Source: Candidatus Limnocylindria bacterium (GTDB lineage Bacteria; Chloroflexota; Limnocylindria; P2-11E). Taken from it: 64,000 bases of DNA. Position numbers and translations under genes: made by a program. Below are positions 27,094 to 34,530 of this stretch, one piece after another. Each line of letters begins with the position of its first letter. Positions within the stretch are counted from its first letter, which is position 1. The DNA lies in the NCBI GenBank assembly GCA_041486085.1, contig JBGPKU010000009.1, positions 375-64,374 of the forward strand. Direction: 5' to 3'. The notes under the pieces are model-generated. The model had not been told where the DNA came from and did no database searches. It was given only the letters and a program-made list of their open reading frames with translations.

Positions 27094-28737
27094 ATGCACA
27101 GAGCCGGGGTGGGTGGCCGCATCGCGCGGGTGCTTGCTCTTCTTCCACTGTTCGCGTTCGGGTTGTTCTTCGGCTCGCCTGCCGCATATGCCGACGCCGC
27201 CGTCCAGACCGACATGCTCGCCCTTAGCAACCAGATGCGCTTCGCCATCGGCTCGCCGACGCTCTCCGCGGATCCGCGCGTGGCGCAGGCCGCGCAGAAC
27301 CATGCGAACTACAACGGCGCGAATCGCATCATCGACCACTACGAGACCGCGGGGAATCCGTACTACACCGGGTACGCACCGCGTGACCGTGTGATCGCCG
27401 CAGGGCTCACGACGTCGTTCGTGAGCGAGGTGGCGACCGGTGGAGGCGACGCGCTGAGTGGCGTGCGCCAGCTCTGGGACGCGCCATATCACCGACTCGG
27501 CATGATGCATCCGAACGCGTCGACGACCGGTTGGGGTTTCTCGACGCTCGGCAATAGCGCGACCGTCGCCGACATCGTTTACGACTTCTCGCTCCGCCCC
27601 GTCGAGTTCGTCCGGTCGCCCGCGAACGGGCAGACCGGCATCCCGACCTCGTGGAGCGGAAACGAACATCCGAGTCCGCTTCCGGCGGGGGTCTCAGGAC
27701 CGGTGGGCTATCCGATCATGGTCGTGTACGCCGCCGCGCCGCCGGTGGACATGCGCGCGGCCGAGGTCGTCGCGCCGAACGGAGCACGGGTCCCGATCTA
27801 CTACGTGCCGCAGCTGTGGGAGCGCGATTACCAAGTCATCATCCCGCAGCGGCCGCTCGCTGCGGGCACGACGTATCACGTGCGCTTCGACATCAACGTG
27901 TCTGGCCGCATGGCCACCAATGAGTGGGACTTCACCACCGCAGGCTCGGGCGGGACCGTCGTGCCGCCGCCGCCACCGGCGCCGAGCTACCACTCCGCCT
28001 TCGTCGACGAGTCCGCGTTCCCGACGCTCGCGCCGGGCGCGACGGCGCAGCTCACGCTCCGCTTCCGCAACACCGGCACGGCGACGTGGCAGAAGGGCGT
28101 TGCCGGATCGCAGGCAAATCTCGGCATCAACGGCGACGACGGGTCCTTCGCGGCCAATGGCATGAACGTCGGCTGGCTCTCGGGCGACCGTCCCGCGGCG
28201 CAGACCGAGTCCTCGGTGGCGCCTGGCGCGGTCGGAACCTTCACCTTCTCCGTCCGCGCGCCGATGGTGACGGGCACGTACCGCATCCCGCTGCGCCCGG
28301 TCATCGATGGGCGGACGTGGATGGAGGACCAGGGAGTCTTCCTGCTGGTGACCTCTGAGGCCGGCTATCACAGCCGCTGGGCCGCGCAGTCCACCTATCC
28401 AACGCTCGCGCCCGGCGCGCTCTCCGGGCCCTTGTGGATCCAGTTCACGAACACCGGCTCGCGTCCCTGGGTGATGGGCGCTGCAGGGCAGCAGGCCAAT
28501 CTCGGTGTCGTCATGGACAACGCTTCGTGGGCAGCCCTCGGGGTTGGGTGGCTGTCCGCGAACCGTGTCGCCGGACAGACCGAGGCGAATGTGGGGCCCG
28601 GTGCCGTGGGTACGTTCTCGTTCCAGGTGCGAGCGCCTTCGACTCCGGGCGTCTACCGCATCGCGCTCCGGCCGGTCATCGACGGCACGACCTGGATGGA
28701 AGACAACGGCGTCTTCCTCGTGATCACCGTCCAGTAG
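27094..28737 (+). CDS. secreted CAP/SCP (PR-1-like) domain protein with two C-terminal Ig-like (NBR1/CARDB-like) repeats
   Basis: Signal peptide (ARVLALLPLFAFGLFFGSPAAYA). CAP-like LSNQMR...AQNHANY...QLWDAPYHRLGMMHP...GWG. Two ~110-aa repeats (PTLAPGA...F.NTG...W....G.QANLG....W.....V.PGAVGTF.F.VRAP...G.YRI.LRPVIDG.TWMED.GVF). Confidence 0.7.
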   Translation: MHRAGVGGRIARVLALLPLFAFGLFFGSPAAYADAAVQTDMLALSNQMRFAIGSPTLSADPRVAQAAQNHANYNGANRIIDHYETAGNPYYTGYAPRDRVIAAGLTTSFVSEVATGGGDALSGVRQLWDAPYHRLGMMHPNASTTGWGFSTLGNSATVADIVYDFSLRPVEFVRSPANGQTGIPTSWSGNEHPSPLPAGVSGPVGYPIMVVYAAAPPVDMRAAEVVAPNGARVPIYYVPQLWERDYQVIIPQRPLAAGTTYHVRFDINVSGRMATNEWDFTTAGSGGTVVPPPPPAPSYHSAFVDESAFPTLAPGATAQLTLRFRNTGTATWQKGVAGSQANLGINGDDGSFAANGMNVGWLSGDRPAAQTESSVAPGAVGTFTFSVRAPMVTGTYRIPLRPVIDGRTWMEDQGVFLLVTSEAGYHSRWAAQSTYPTLAPGALSGPLWIQFTNTGSRPWVMGAAGQQANLGVVMDNASWAALGVGWLSANRVAGQTEANVGPGAVGTFSFQVRAPSTPGVYRIALRPVIDGTTWMEDNGVFLVITVQ

Positions 28738-28748
28738 GTCGGGCCTTC

Positions 28749-28769
28749 GCCGGCCCTGTCGGGGCCGGC
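28749..28769. terminator. hairpin between convergent genes
   Basis: GCCGGCCC-TGTCG-GGGCCGGC, a perfect 8-bp stem between stop 28737 (+) and stop 28785 (-). Confidence 0.4.
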
Positions 28770-28784
28770 TCGTGCGAGACGGAC

Positions 28785-28997
28785 CTAGCGGTCCGCGTCG
28801 CTGAACAGCACCTCGAAGAGCTCATTGCACCCCGGACACTTCACCGTCGCCGCGTACGGCGGATCCGGCGGGACGTCGAGATGCTCTCGGGTCACGTTGC
28901 GCGGACCGACGTTGGTCGCGCAGAACGGGCACACGACGGCGTAGGCCAGGAATTGATGGCGGTCCACCTTGAGCCGCCGCCGCTGATCCACGCTCAT
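28785..28997 (-). CDS. small zinc-ribbon protein (70 aa, CPFC...CPGC)
   Basis: ATG at 28997 with GGAGG about 9 nt upstream. Two CxxC pairs. The remainder of the listed 252-aa ORF (to 29543) is antisense to the peroxiredoxin and is rejected. Confidence 0.55.
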   Translation of the reverse strand: MSVDQRRRLKVDRHQFLAYAVVCPFCATNVGPRNVTREHLDVPPDPPYAATVKCPGCNELFEVLFSDADR

Positions 28998-29099
28998 TGC
29001 TCCATTAGCCTCCTCGACCTCCCGGCTTCGCCTCGAGACACGCTCAGGGCTTCGCTCCTCGCGGGTGTCCGCTCGTCGCTCGACTAGTCTAGGTCGTCG

Positions 29100-29606
29100 A
29101 TGGCCGCACCGAAGGGTCGGAACAAGATCGCGACCGAGACGAAGACGCTTCGTGTCGGTGATGTCGCACCCGACTTCACGCTGCGCGCGCACGATGGCAC
29201 CGAGGTCACGCTGTCCGCCCTTCGCGGACGGCGCGTGGTCATCGCGTTCTTCGCGTTCGCGTTCACGAACACCTGAAACAGTGAGGCGCCCGCGCTGAAC
29301 TCGCTGCAGGAGCGGTTCGCGGGCGGCGGTGCCCAGGTCGTGGGCATCTCGTGCGACACGGTCTACACGCTCAAGGACTGGGCCGAACATCTTGGTGGCG
29401 TGAAGTACCCGCTCTGCTCCGACTTCTGGCCTCACGGCCGGGTTTCCCAGGCATACGGCGTCTTCAACGAGGAGATCGGCCGCCCGGAGCGCGCGATCAT
29501 CGTGGTGGACGCGTCGGGGATCGTGCGGTACATCGACGTGCACCAGCTGCGCGAGGTGCCGGACGACGCGGAGATCGCTGCGGAGCTGAAGAAACTGGAG
29601 CCCTAG
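29100..29606 (+). CDS. AhpE-type 1-Cys peroxiredoxin with in-frame TGA (29274-29276) at the peroxidatic position; candidate selenoprotein
   Basis: ATG 29100 and ORF 29340..29606 share the same phase. Read-through gives VGDVAPDFTL...VVIAFFAFAFTNT-U-NSEAPAL...GISCDT...YPLCSDFWPHGRVSQAYGVFNEE...IIVVDASGIVRY. The Prx motif FTxxCxxE has TGA in place of Cys. Confidence 0.65.
29287..29325 (+). promoter_or_regulatory. SECIS-like stem-loop downstream of the in-frame UGA
   Basis: Outer stem CGCCCGCG (29287-29294) pairs with CGCGGGCG (29318-29325). Inner stem UCGCU/AGCGG. Apical loop GCAGG (29306-29310) starts 29 nt after the UGA. Confidence 0.45.
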
Positions 29607-29699
29607 CGAGCTCTTCCCTCCTCATCCGCGCGTACTGCGTACCGCGCGTCTTCGTTGATCCGAGCTCGCAAGCGAGCTCTTCTCTCCTCATCCGCGCGT
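29605..29699. repeat. two copies of a 29-nt direct repeat (28/29 identical), period 66 nt
   Basis: AGCGAGCTCTTC[C/T]CTCCTCATCCGCGCGT at 29605-29633 and 29671-29699. The 37-nt spacer also contains partial copies (CCGCGCGT, CGAGCTCG). Confidence 0.8.
29627..29656 (+). terminator. candidate intrinsic terminator of the peroxiredoxin gene
   Basis: CGCGCGTAC-TGC-GTA(C)CGCGCG, 9 bp with one bulge, followed by TCTTCGTT. Confidence 0.45.
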
Positions 29700-30140
29700 C
29701 GGGATCAGATAGGCCTTCCCGTCGCTCGCGATGGTGAAGGCGACGGCATCACCCTCGCTCACCGGGCCGAGCGTGTCGCCGCTCACCAGGACGTCGGCGC
29801 CGCAGTCGACCACAGCGATCTCGCCGGTCTCCTTCACGACACCCTCGACGCCAGCGCCCGCACCCACGAGGCCACCATTGACGCGGCCGCGCCCGCTGCC
29901 CTTGGTCACGTCCCTCGCGGCGAACGCGATGGCCATCGTCACGCGGTCGCCGATCGACAGGCGCTGCTTGCGCACGGCGCCGGTGGCGTCCTGGCCCCGA
30001 AGATCGAGCCGCGCGGGTCCGTCACCGACGCGCAGCGTGACGACGATGTCGCCGCGCGTTCCGTCGAGCACGACGACCACGCCGCGCGAGGCCTTCTGCC
30101 GCCACTTCTCGATGAACGCGAGCTGCTCGAAGTCCATCAT
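29688..30140 (-). CDS. hypothetical protein (150 aa)
   Basis: Balanced composition and GC-rich third positions on the minus strand. The overlapping + ORFs (29655..30200, 29731..30156) have R/H/A-rich shadow composition. No motif recognised. Confidence 0.5.
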   Translation of the reverse strand: MMDFEQLAFIEKWRQKASRGVVVVLDGTRGDIVVTLRVGDGPARLDLRGQDATGAVRKQRLSIGDRVTMAIAFAARDVTKGSGRGRVNGGLVGAGAGVEGVVKETGEIAVVDCGADVLVSGDTLGPVSEGDAVAFTIASDGKAYLIPTRG

Positions 30141-30160
30141 CGTGTCGATACGATAGCCAG

Positions 30161-30565
30161 GTGCCGCCGAAGATCACAGGGATCGCGCATGTCGAGCTGA
30201 GCGTGAGCGACCTCGATGCGAGCGTGGCGTGGTATTGCCGCGTGCTCGGCGCCAGAGACGCGTTCCGCACGCGGAGCGACGCGCTGGGGTTCCGCGCCTG
30301 CGCGATCCTCGAGCCCGAGACGCGGACCGTGTTCGCGTTCGCGCAGCACGATGCCATCGAGGGCGGCCCGTTCACGCCGCGGCGCATCGGGCTCGACCAC
30401 CTCTCCTTCGCCGTGGCGGATGGTCCGGCTCTCGAGGCGTGGCGCGAGCACCTCGACGAGCTGGGCATCGACCACGACGCGATCGACGATCAGGGCTTCG
30501 CGCTGGGTCTGAACCTGCGCGATCCGGACGGCATCGCGCTCGAGTTCTACGTCCTTCGGCGCTGA
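30161..30565 (+). CDS. VOC-family (glyoxalase/bleomycin-resistance/dioxygenase) protein
   Basis: IAHVELSVSDLDASVAWY, LDHLSFAV and DPDGIALEF are typical paired beta-alpha-beta-beta-beta modules. Confidence 0.7.
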   Translation: MPPKITGIAHVELSVSDLDASVAWYCRVLGARDAFRTRSDALGFRACAILEPETRTVFAFAQHDAIEGGPFTPRRIGLDHLSFAVADGPALEAWREHLDELGIDHDAIDDQGFALGLNLRDPDGIALEFYVLRR

Positions 30566-30568
30566 CGG

Positions 30569-31309
30569 GTGGCTCTTCGAGCCGCACTCTTCGACGTCGG
30601 CGACACGCTCGTAGAGCATTGGGCCCCGCGCGAGCGATTGAACGAGCTTCTGCGCAAGGCGCTTCGCAAGGATTTCTCGCATTGCCCGTGGATCGAAGAC
30701 TTCATCAACGCGGAGATCGGCCCGGGCCGGTTCACGTCGGCCCAGACCCCGAAGGCGGAGCCCATCCTCGACGGCGCGGCCCTGCGTCAGGAGACGCTCA
30801 GGTGGTATCGCGACTGGTTCGAGAACGCGAAGATCGAGATCGACGGCGTCGACCTCGATCGCCTTCGTGTCTGCATGACGGTGCCCCTCGATCTCGTCTC
30901 CACGCCCGTTCCGGGAGCGTTCGACGCCCTGCGCTGGTGCAAGGCGAACCACCTGGCGGTCGTTCTCGTGACGAACACGCTCTCGAGGGGTGACGCCGAG
31001 GTGTGGGAGGACTGGCGCCGGTTCGGCGTGGCGGACGCCATCGATGCCGTCGTGACGTCGCACGACGCCGGCTGGCAGAAGCCGCACCGCATCATCTTCG
31101 ACCGGGCGCTCGAGCTGGCCCAGGTGCCGGCGAGCAGCGCCGTCATGGTCGGCGACCGGCTCGACGCGGACATCGAGGGCGCCGCGCGCCTGGGGATGCG
31201 CACGGTGCTTCGGCGGACCGAGACCCCGCAGAGCGCCGCCGACGCTCATCCGGACGCCACGGTCGATGACCTGCGTGAGCTGCCGGCGGTGCTGTCCGCC
31301 TGGATCTAA
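30569..31309 (+). CDS. HAD-superfamily hydrolase
   Basis: Motif I LFDVGDTL, motif II VTNT, motif III/IV KP...MVGDRLDADIEGA. Confidence 0.7.
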   Translation: MALRAALFDVGDTLVEHWAPRERLNELLRKALRKDFSHCPWIEDFINAEIGPGRFTSAQTPKAEPILDGAALRQETLRWYRDWFENAKIEIDGVDLDRLRVCMTVPLDLVSTPVPGAFDALRWCKANHLAVVLVTNTLSRGDAEVWEDWRRFGVADAIDAVVTSHDAGWQKPHRIIFDRALELAQVPASSAVMVGDRLDADIEGAARLGMRTVLRRTETPQSAADAHPDATVDDLRELPAVLSAWI

Positions 31310-31460
31310 CGTGCCGACCGCACACCCATTGGCCACAGGCGGGATGAGCTCGCGCACCATGGGCTCTGCCGCGCACGACACGGTCGTCGAGTGATCGCGT
31401 GCGCGGTCCGATCCAATGGGTCGTGGTCCCATCGCGACGGGACTTGAACGGAGGTGCCAC

Positions 31461-32306
31461 ATGGCCGACTACGCTCACCCTGAGGCGCTGGCGGACACCA
31501 ACTGGCTCGCCTCGCACGGGAAGGACAAGAACGTACGCGTCTTCGAGGTCGACGTCGACACGAAGTCGTACGACGAAGGGCACGTCGAAGGCGCGATCGG
31601 GCTCGACTGGCGCAAGGACCTGCAGCAGCGGCCGGTCCGCGATCTGCTCGACAAGCGCGAGCTCGAAGCGCTGCTCTCCAAGTACGGCGTCACGCCCGAG
31701 ACGACGATCGCCATCTACGGCGACAACAACAACTGGTTCGCAGCGTGGTTCTTCTGGCTGCTGAAGTACTACGGTCACAAGGACGCTCGGCTGGTGAACG
31801 GCGGTCGCGCGAAATGGATCGCGGAGGGCAAGCCAATGACGACCGCCATCCCGTGGTTCGACAAGGGCGACTACCGCGCGAAGGGTCCCGATGCCTCCGT
31901 CCGCGCGCTGCGCGATCTCGTGCTGGAGCGCGTGACCGACGGCAGATCCAAGCTGATCGACGTGCGTTCGCCGAAGGAGTACGCGGGCGAGCTGCTCGCT
32001 CCCGAGAACCTACCGCAGGAGGGCGCGCAGCGAGGTGGTCACATCCCCGGCGCGCAGAACGTCCCGTGGGCGACCGCGGTCGCCGAGGATGGCAGCTTCA
32101 AATCGGCCGACGAGCTCCGGTCGATCTACGAGGGCAAGGGACTGTCAAAGGGCACCGAGACGATCGCGTACTGCCGAATCGGCGAAAGAAGCGCGCATAC
32201 CTGGTTCGTGCTCAGCTATCTCCTCGGTCACGAGAAGGTCCGCAATTACGACGGCTCGTGGACCGAGTGGGGCAGCATGATCGGCGTACCCATCGAAAAG
32301 AGCTAG
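31461..32306 (+). CDS. thiosulfate/3-mercaptopyruvate sulfurtransferase (tandem rhodanese)
   Basis: GGAGGTG SD before ATG 31461. Motifs DEGHVEGAI, RSPKEY, GHIPGA, active-site loop YCRIGERS, DGSWTEW. Confidence 0.8.
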   Translation: MADYAHPEALADTNWLASHGKDKNVRVFEVDVDTKSYDEGHVEGAIGLDWRKDLQQRPVRDLLDKRELEALLSKYGVTPETTIAIYGDNNNWFAAWFFWLLKYYGHKDARLVNGGRAKWIAEGKPMTTAIPWFDKGDYRAKGPDASVRALRDLVLERVTDGRSKLIDVRSPKEYAGELLAPENLPQEGAQRGGHIPGAQNVPWATAVAEDGSFKSADELRSIYEGKGLSKGTETIAYCRIGERSAHTWFVLSYLLGHEKVRNYDGSWTEWGSMIGVPIEKS

Positions 32307-32326
32307 AACCACCGGCAACGCATCAT

Positions 32327-32956
32327 GTGCGGGTGACCGCAACGCGCGACGAGATGATCCGGCAACTCCGGCACCTCGGGATCCGCGACGCGCGCGTCCT
32401 TGGCGCGATGGCCCGCGTGCCACGCGAGGAGTTCGTGCGCGACGCGGACCGTGGTGCGGCGTACGAAGATCGCGCTCTTCCCATCGAGAAGGGTCAGGCG
32501 ATCTCGCAGCCCTATGTCGTCGCCCGCATGAGCGAGCTGCTGGACGTGCGGCCCAGCGACCACGTGCTCGAGGTCGGGACGGGATCCGGCTATCAGGCTG
32601 CCGTGCTGGGCGAGCTCGCGGGCGATGTCGTCAGCGTGGAGCTGCACGAGCTGCTTGCCGCGACGGCACGGGACCGCCTCGCTCGATTGGGCTACCGGAA
32701 TGTGCGCGTGGTGCATGATGATGCATCGGTCGGTCACCCCGAGGAAGCACCCTACGACCGCATCATCGTCACGGCGGCCGCTCCGTCCGTCGACCCCGCG
32801 CTGGCCGGGCAGCTGAAGTCCGACGGGCGGCTCGTCGCGCCGGTCGGCGGCCGCGAGCTTCAGGAGCTCGTGTCCGTGCGTGGCGACGGTCGGACCGAGC
32901 GTCATGGCGCGGTCGGATTCGTGCCGTTGCGGGGACGAGCAGGTTGGCGCGAGTGA
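32327..32956 (+). CDS. pcm: protein-L-isoaspartate O-methyltransferase
   Basis: Motifs VPREEFV, ISQPYVVARM, VLEVGTGSGYQAAVL, YDRIIVTAAAP. Start is uncertain (GTG 32327, GTG 32333 or ATG 32354). Confidence 0.8.
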   Translation: MRVTATRDEMIRQLRHLGIRDARVLGAMARVPREEFVRDADRGAAYEDRALPIEKGQAISQPYVVARMSELLDVRPSDHVLEVGTGSGYQAAVLGELAGDVVSVELHELLAATARDRLARLGYRNVRVVHDDASVGHPEEAPYDRIIVTAAAPSVDPALAGQLKSDGRLVAPVGGRELQELVSVRGDGRTERHGAVGFVPLRGRAGWRE

Positions 32957-34530
32957 GCAGACCGCTGCTCTTCCATGGCGGACGAGTGCATGTCGGCGAT
33001 GGCCGCTCCGTCGAGGCGCTGCTGGTGCGCGACGGCCGCGTCGTCGCGCTCGGCGACGCGAAGACGCTCCGGCGTGACGCTTTGGATGCGGAGCGGATCG
33101 ACCTGCGCGGCGGCCTGATGGTGCCGGGGTGGGCGGACGCTCACGTCCACTTCATCTGGTGGGCGCTCCAGATGTCGCAGCTCGACCTCCGCGACGCGAA
33201 GACGCTCGACGAGGCTCTTGGAATGATCGCGGCGTACGCGACGCGCCTGCCCGAAGGCGCATGGGTCCTCGGAGGCCGCTTCGACAAGAACACCTGGGGA
33301 AAATGGCCGAACCGATCGGACCTGGACGGCGTGACCGCCGGACGGCCGACGGCGCTCCGGAGCCGCGACGGTCACTCGCGCTGGGTCAATACCGCCGCGC
33401 TCGCTCTGGCGGGGATCACGCGCGAGACGCCGGCCCCCGCGGGTGGCGCGATCTTCCACGACGCGGACGGCGAGGTGAGCGGGATGCTCCAGGAGAACGC
33501 GAACAATCTCATGGACGCAGTCATCCCACCCCCGGCCGACGACGAGATGCTCGCGGCCGCGCGCCTCGGTCAGCGCGAAGCCTGGAAGCGTGGCCTGGTC
33601 GGCTTCGAGAACCTGGACGCCTTCCGCGAGCGCCACGCGCTCGGAACGTTCCAACGCCTGCACGCGGCGGGCGAGCTCGGGTTGCGCGCGACGATCGGGC
33701 TACCGCGTGCGCGCCTGGACGAGGCGATCGCGCTCGGGCTGCGCACCGGCTTCGGGGATGAGTGGCTGCGCGTCGGCCACCTCAAGATCTTCACCGATGG
33801 CGCGCTCGGCTCGCAGACAGCCGCGCTCGAGGAGCCGTACGACGGCAGCACGGATCGCGGCATCCTCACGATCGAGCCGGAGACCCTGACGCAGGAGGTC
33901 GCGCGCGCCGCGGGCGCGGGCATCGCCGTCGCGATCCACGCGATCGGCGATCGTGCCGTCCGCGTGGCACTGGACGCGATCGCGCCGACGCGGCGCATCG
34001 CGCCCGACCTGCGGCAGAAGATCGAACACATCCAGCTCGTCCGCGCGGACGACCTCGGACGGTTCGCGCAGCTCGGCGTCATCGCGTCGATGCAGCCGCT
34101 GCACGCAACGAGCGACCGCGATCTCGCGGACCGGTACTGGGGTCCCGAGCGCACGGCGCGCGCGTACCCGTGGCGCACTCTGCTCGCAAGCGGCGCGGTC
34201 CTCGCGTTCGGCTCCGACGCACCTGTCGAGCCGATCGATCCGATGTTCGGCATCCATGCGGCCGTCGCGCGGCGCCGGCCTGGGGACGCGGACGCGTGGA
34301 CGCCGGCCCAGCGCCTGACTCTCGACGAGGCGCTCGCGGGCTACGCGGCGGGGACGGCGTACGCCCTCGGACAAGAAACGGACGCCGGCACGCTCGCAGT
34401 GGGAATGCTCTGCGATGCGACGATCGTCGAGCAGGACCTCGCCCGCATCGACGAGGCGTCGCTGGCCGCGGTGCGGGTCAGCGGCACCGTCACCGGAGGC
34501 GTGGTGCGTCACGCGGCGGGCATCGGATGA
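32953..34530 (+). CDS. amidohydrolase-family metal-dependent hydrolase (YtcJ-like)
   Basis: GTGA overlap with pcm. Motifs GLMVPGWADAHVHF, HAIGDRAV, IEHIQL, GSDAPVEP. Confidence 0.7.
   Translation: MSRPLLFHGGRVHVGDGRSVEALLVRDGRVVALGDAKTLRRDALDAERIDLRGGLMVPGWADAHVHFIWWALQMSQLDLRDAKTLDEALGMIAAYATRLPEGAWVLGGRFDKNTWGKWPNRSDLDGVTAGRPTALRSRDGHSRWVNTAALALAGITRETPAPAGGAIFHDADGEVSGMLQENANNLMDAVIPPPADDEMLAAARLGQREAWKRGLVGFENLDAFRERHALGTFQRLHAAGELGLRATIGLPRARLDEAIALGLRTGFGDEWLRVGHLKIFTDGALGSQTAALEEPYDGSTDRGILTIEPETLTQEVARAAGAGIAVAIHAIGDRAVRVALDAIAPTRRIAPDLRQKIEHIQLVRADDLGRFAQLGVIASMQPLHATSDRDLADRYWGPERTARAYPWRTLLASGAVLAFGSDAPVEPIDPMFGIHAAVARRRPGDADAWTPAQRLTLDEALAGYAAGTAYALGQETDAGTLAVGMLCDATIVEQDLARIDEASLAAVRVSGTVTGGVVRHAAGIG

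Noticed and set aside
29085-29100. AT-containing quasi-palindrome CGACTAGTCTAGGTCG just before the peroxiredoxin ATG, as an operator.
   Set aside because: The symmetry is imperfect, it is a single occurrence, and it overlaps the ribosome-binding region. Too weak to call.
29274-29276. TGA in the peroxiredoxin as a simple nonsense mutation (pseudogene) or as two separate genes.
   Set aside because: Not fully excluded. However, the stop falls exactly on the catalytic Cys column, both halves keep intact family motifs and GC3, and a SECIS-like hairpin follows. The downstream fragment also lacks an SD of its own. Recoding is therefore the more economical reading.
28998-29543. Upstream 180 codons of the listed 252-aa minus ORF 28785..29543.
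   Set aside because: This part is antisense to the peroxiredoxin and has shadow-like composition. A good SD plus ATG at 28997 defines a 70-aa zinc-ribbon gene instead.
29605-29699. Possible mini-CRISPR (29-nt repeat, 37-nt spacer).
   Set aside because: Only two repeat units. The spacer contains partial repeat copies. No cas genes are in the window. One copy overlaps a coding 3' end. Kept as a generic direct repeat.
31344-31394. 16-codon ORF (MSSRTMGSAAHDTVVE) in the rhodanese leader as an attenuation leader peptide.
   Set aside because: There is no spacing between the purine-rich stretch and the ATG, and no run of regulatory codons. It is retained only as part of the structured-leader observation.
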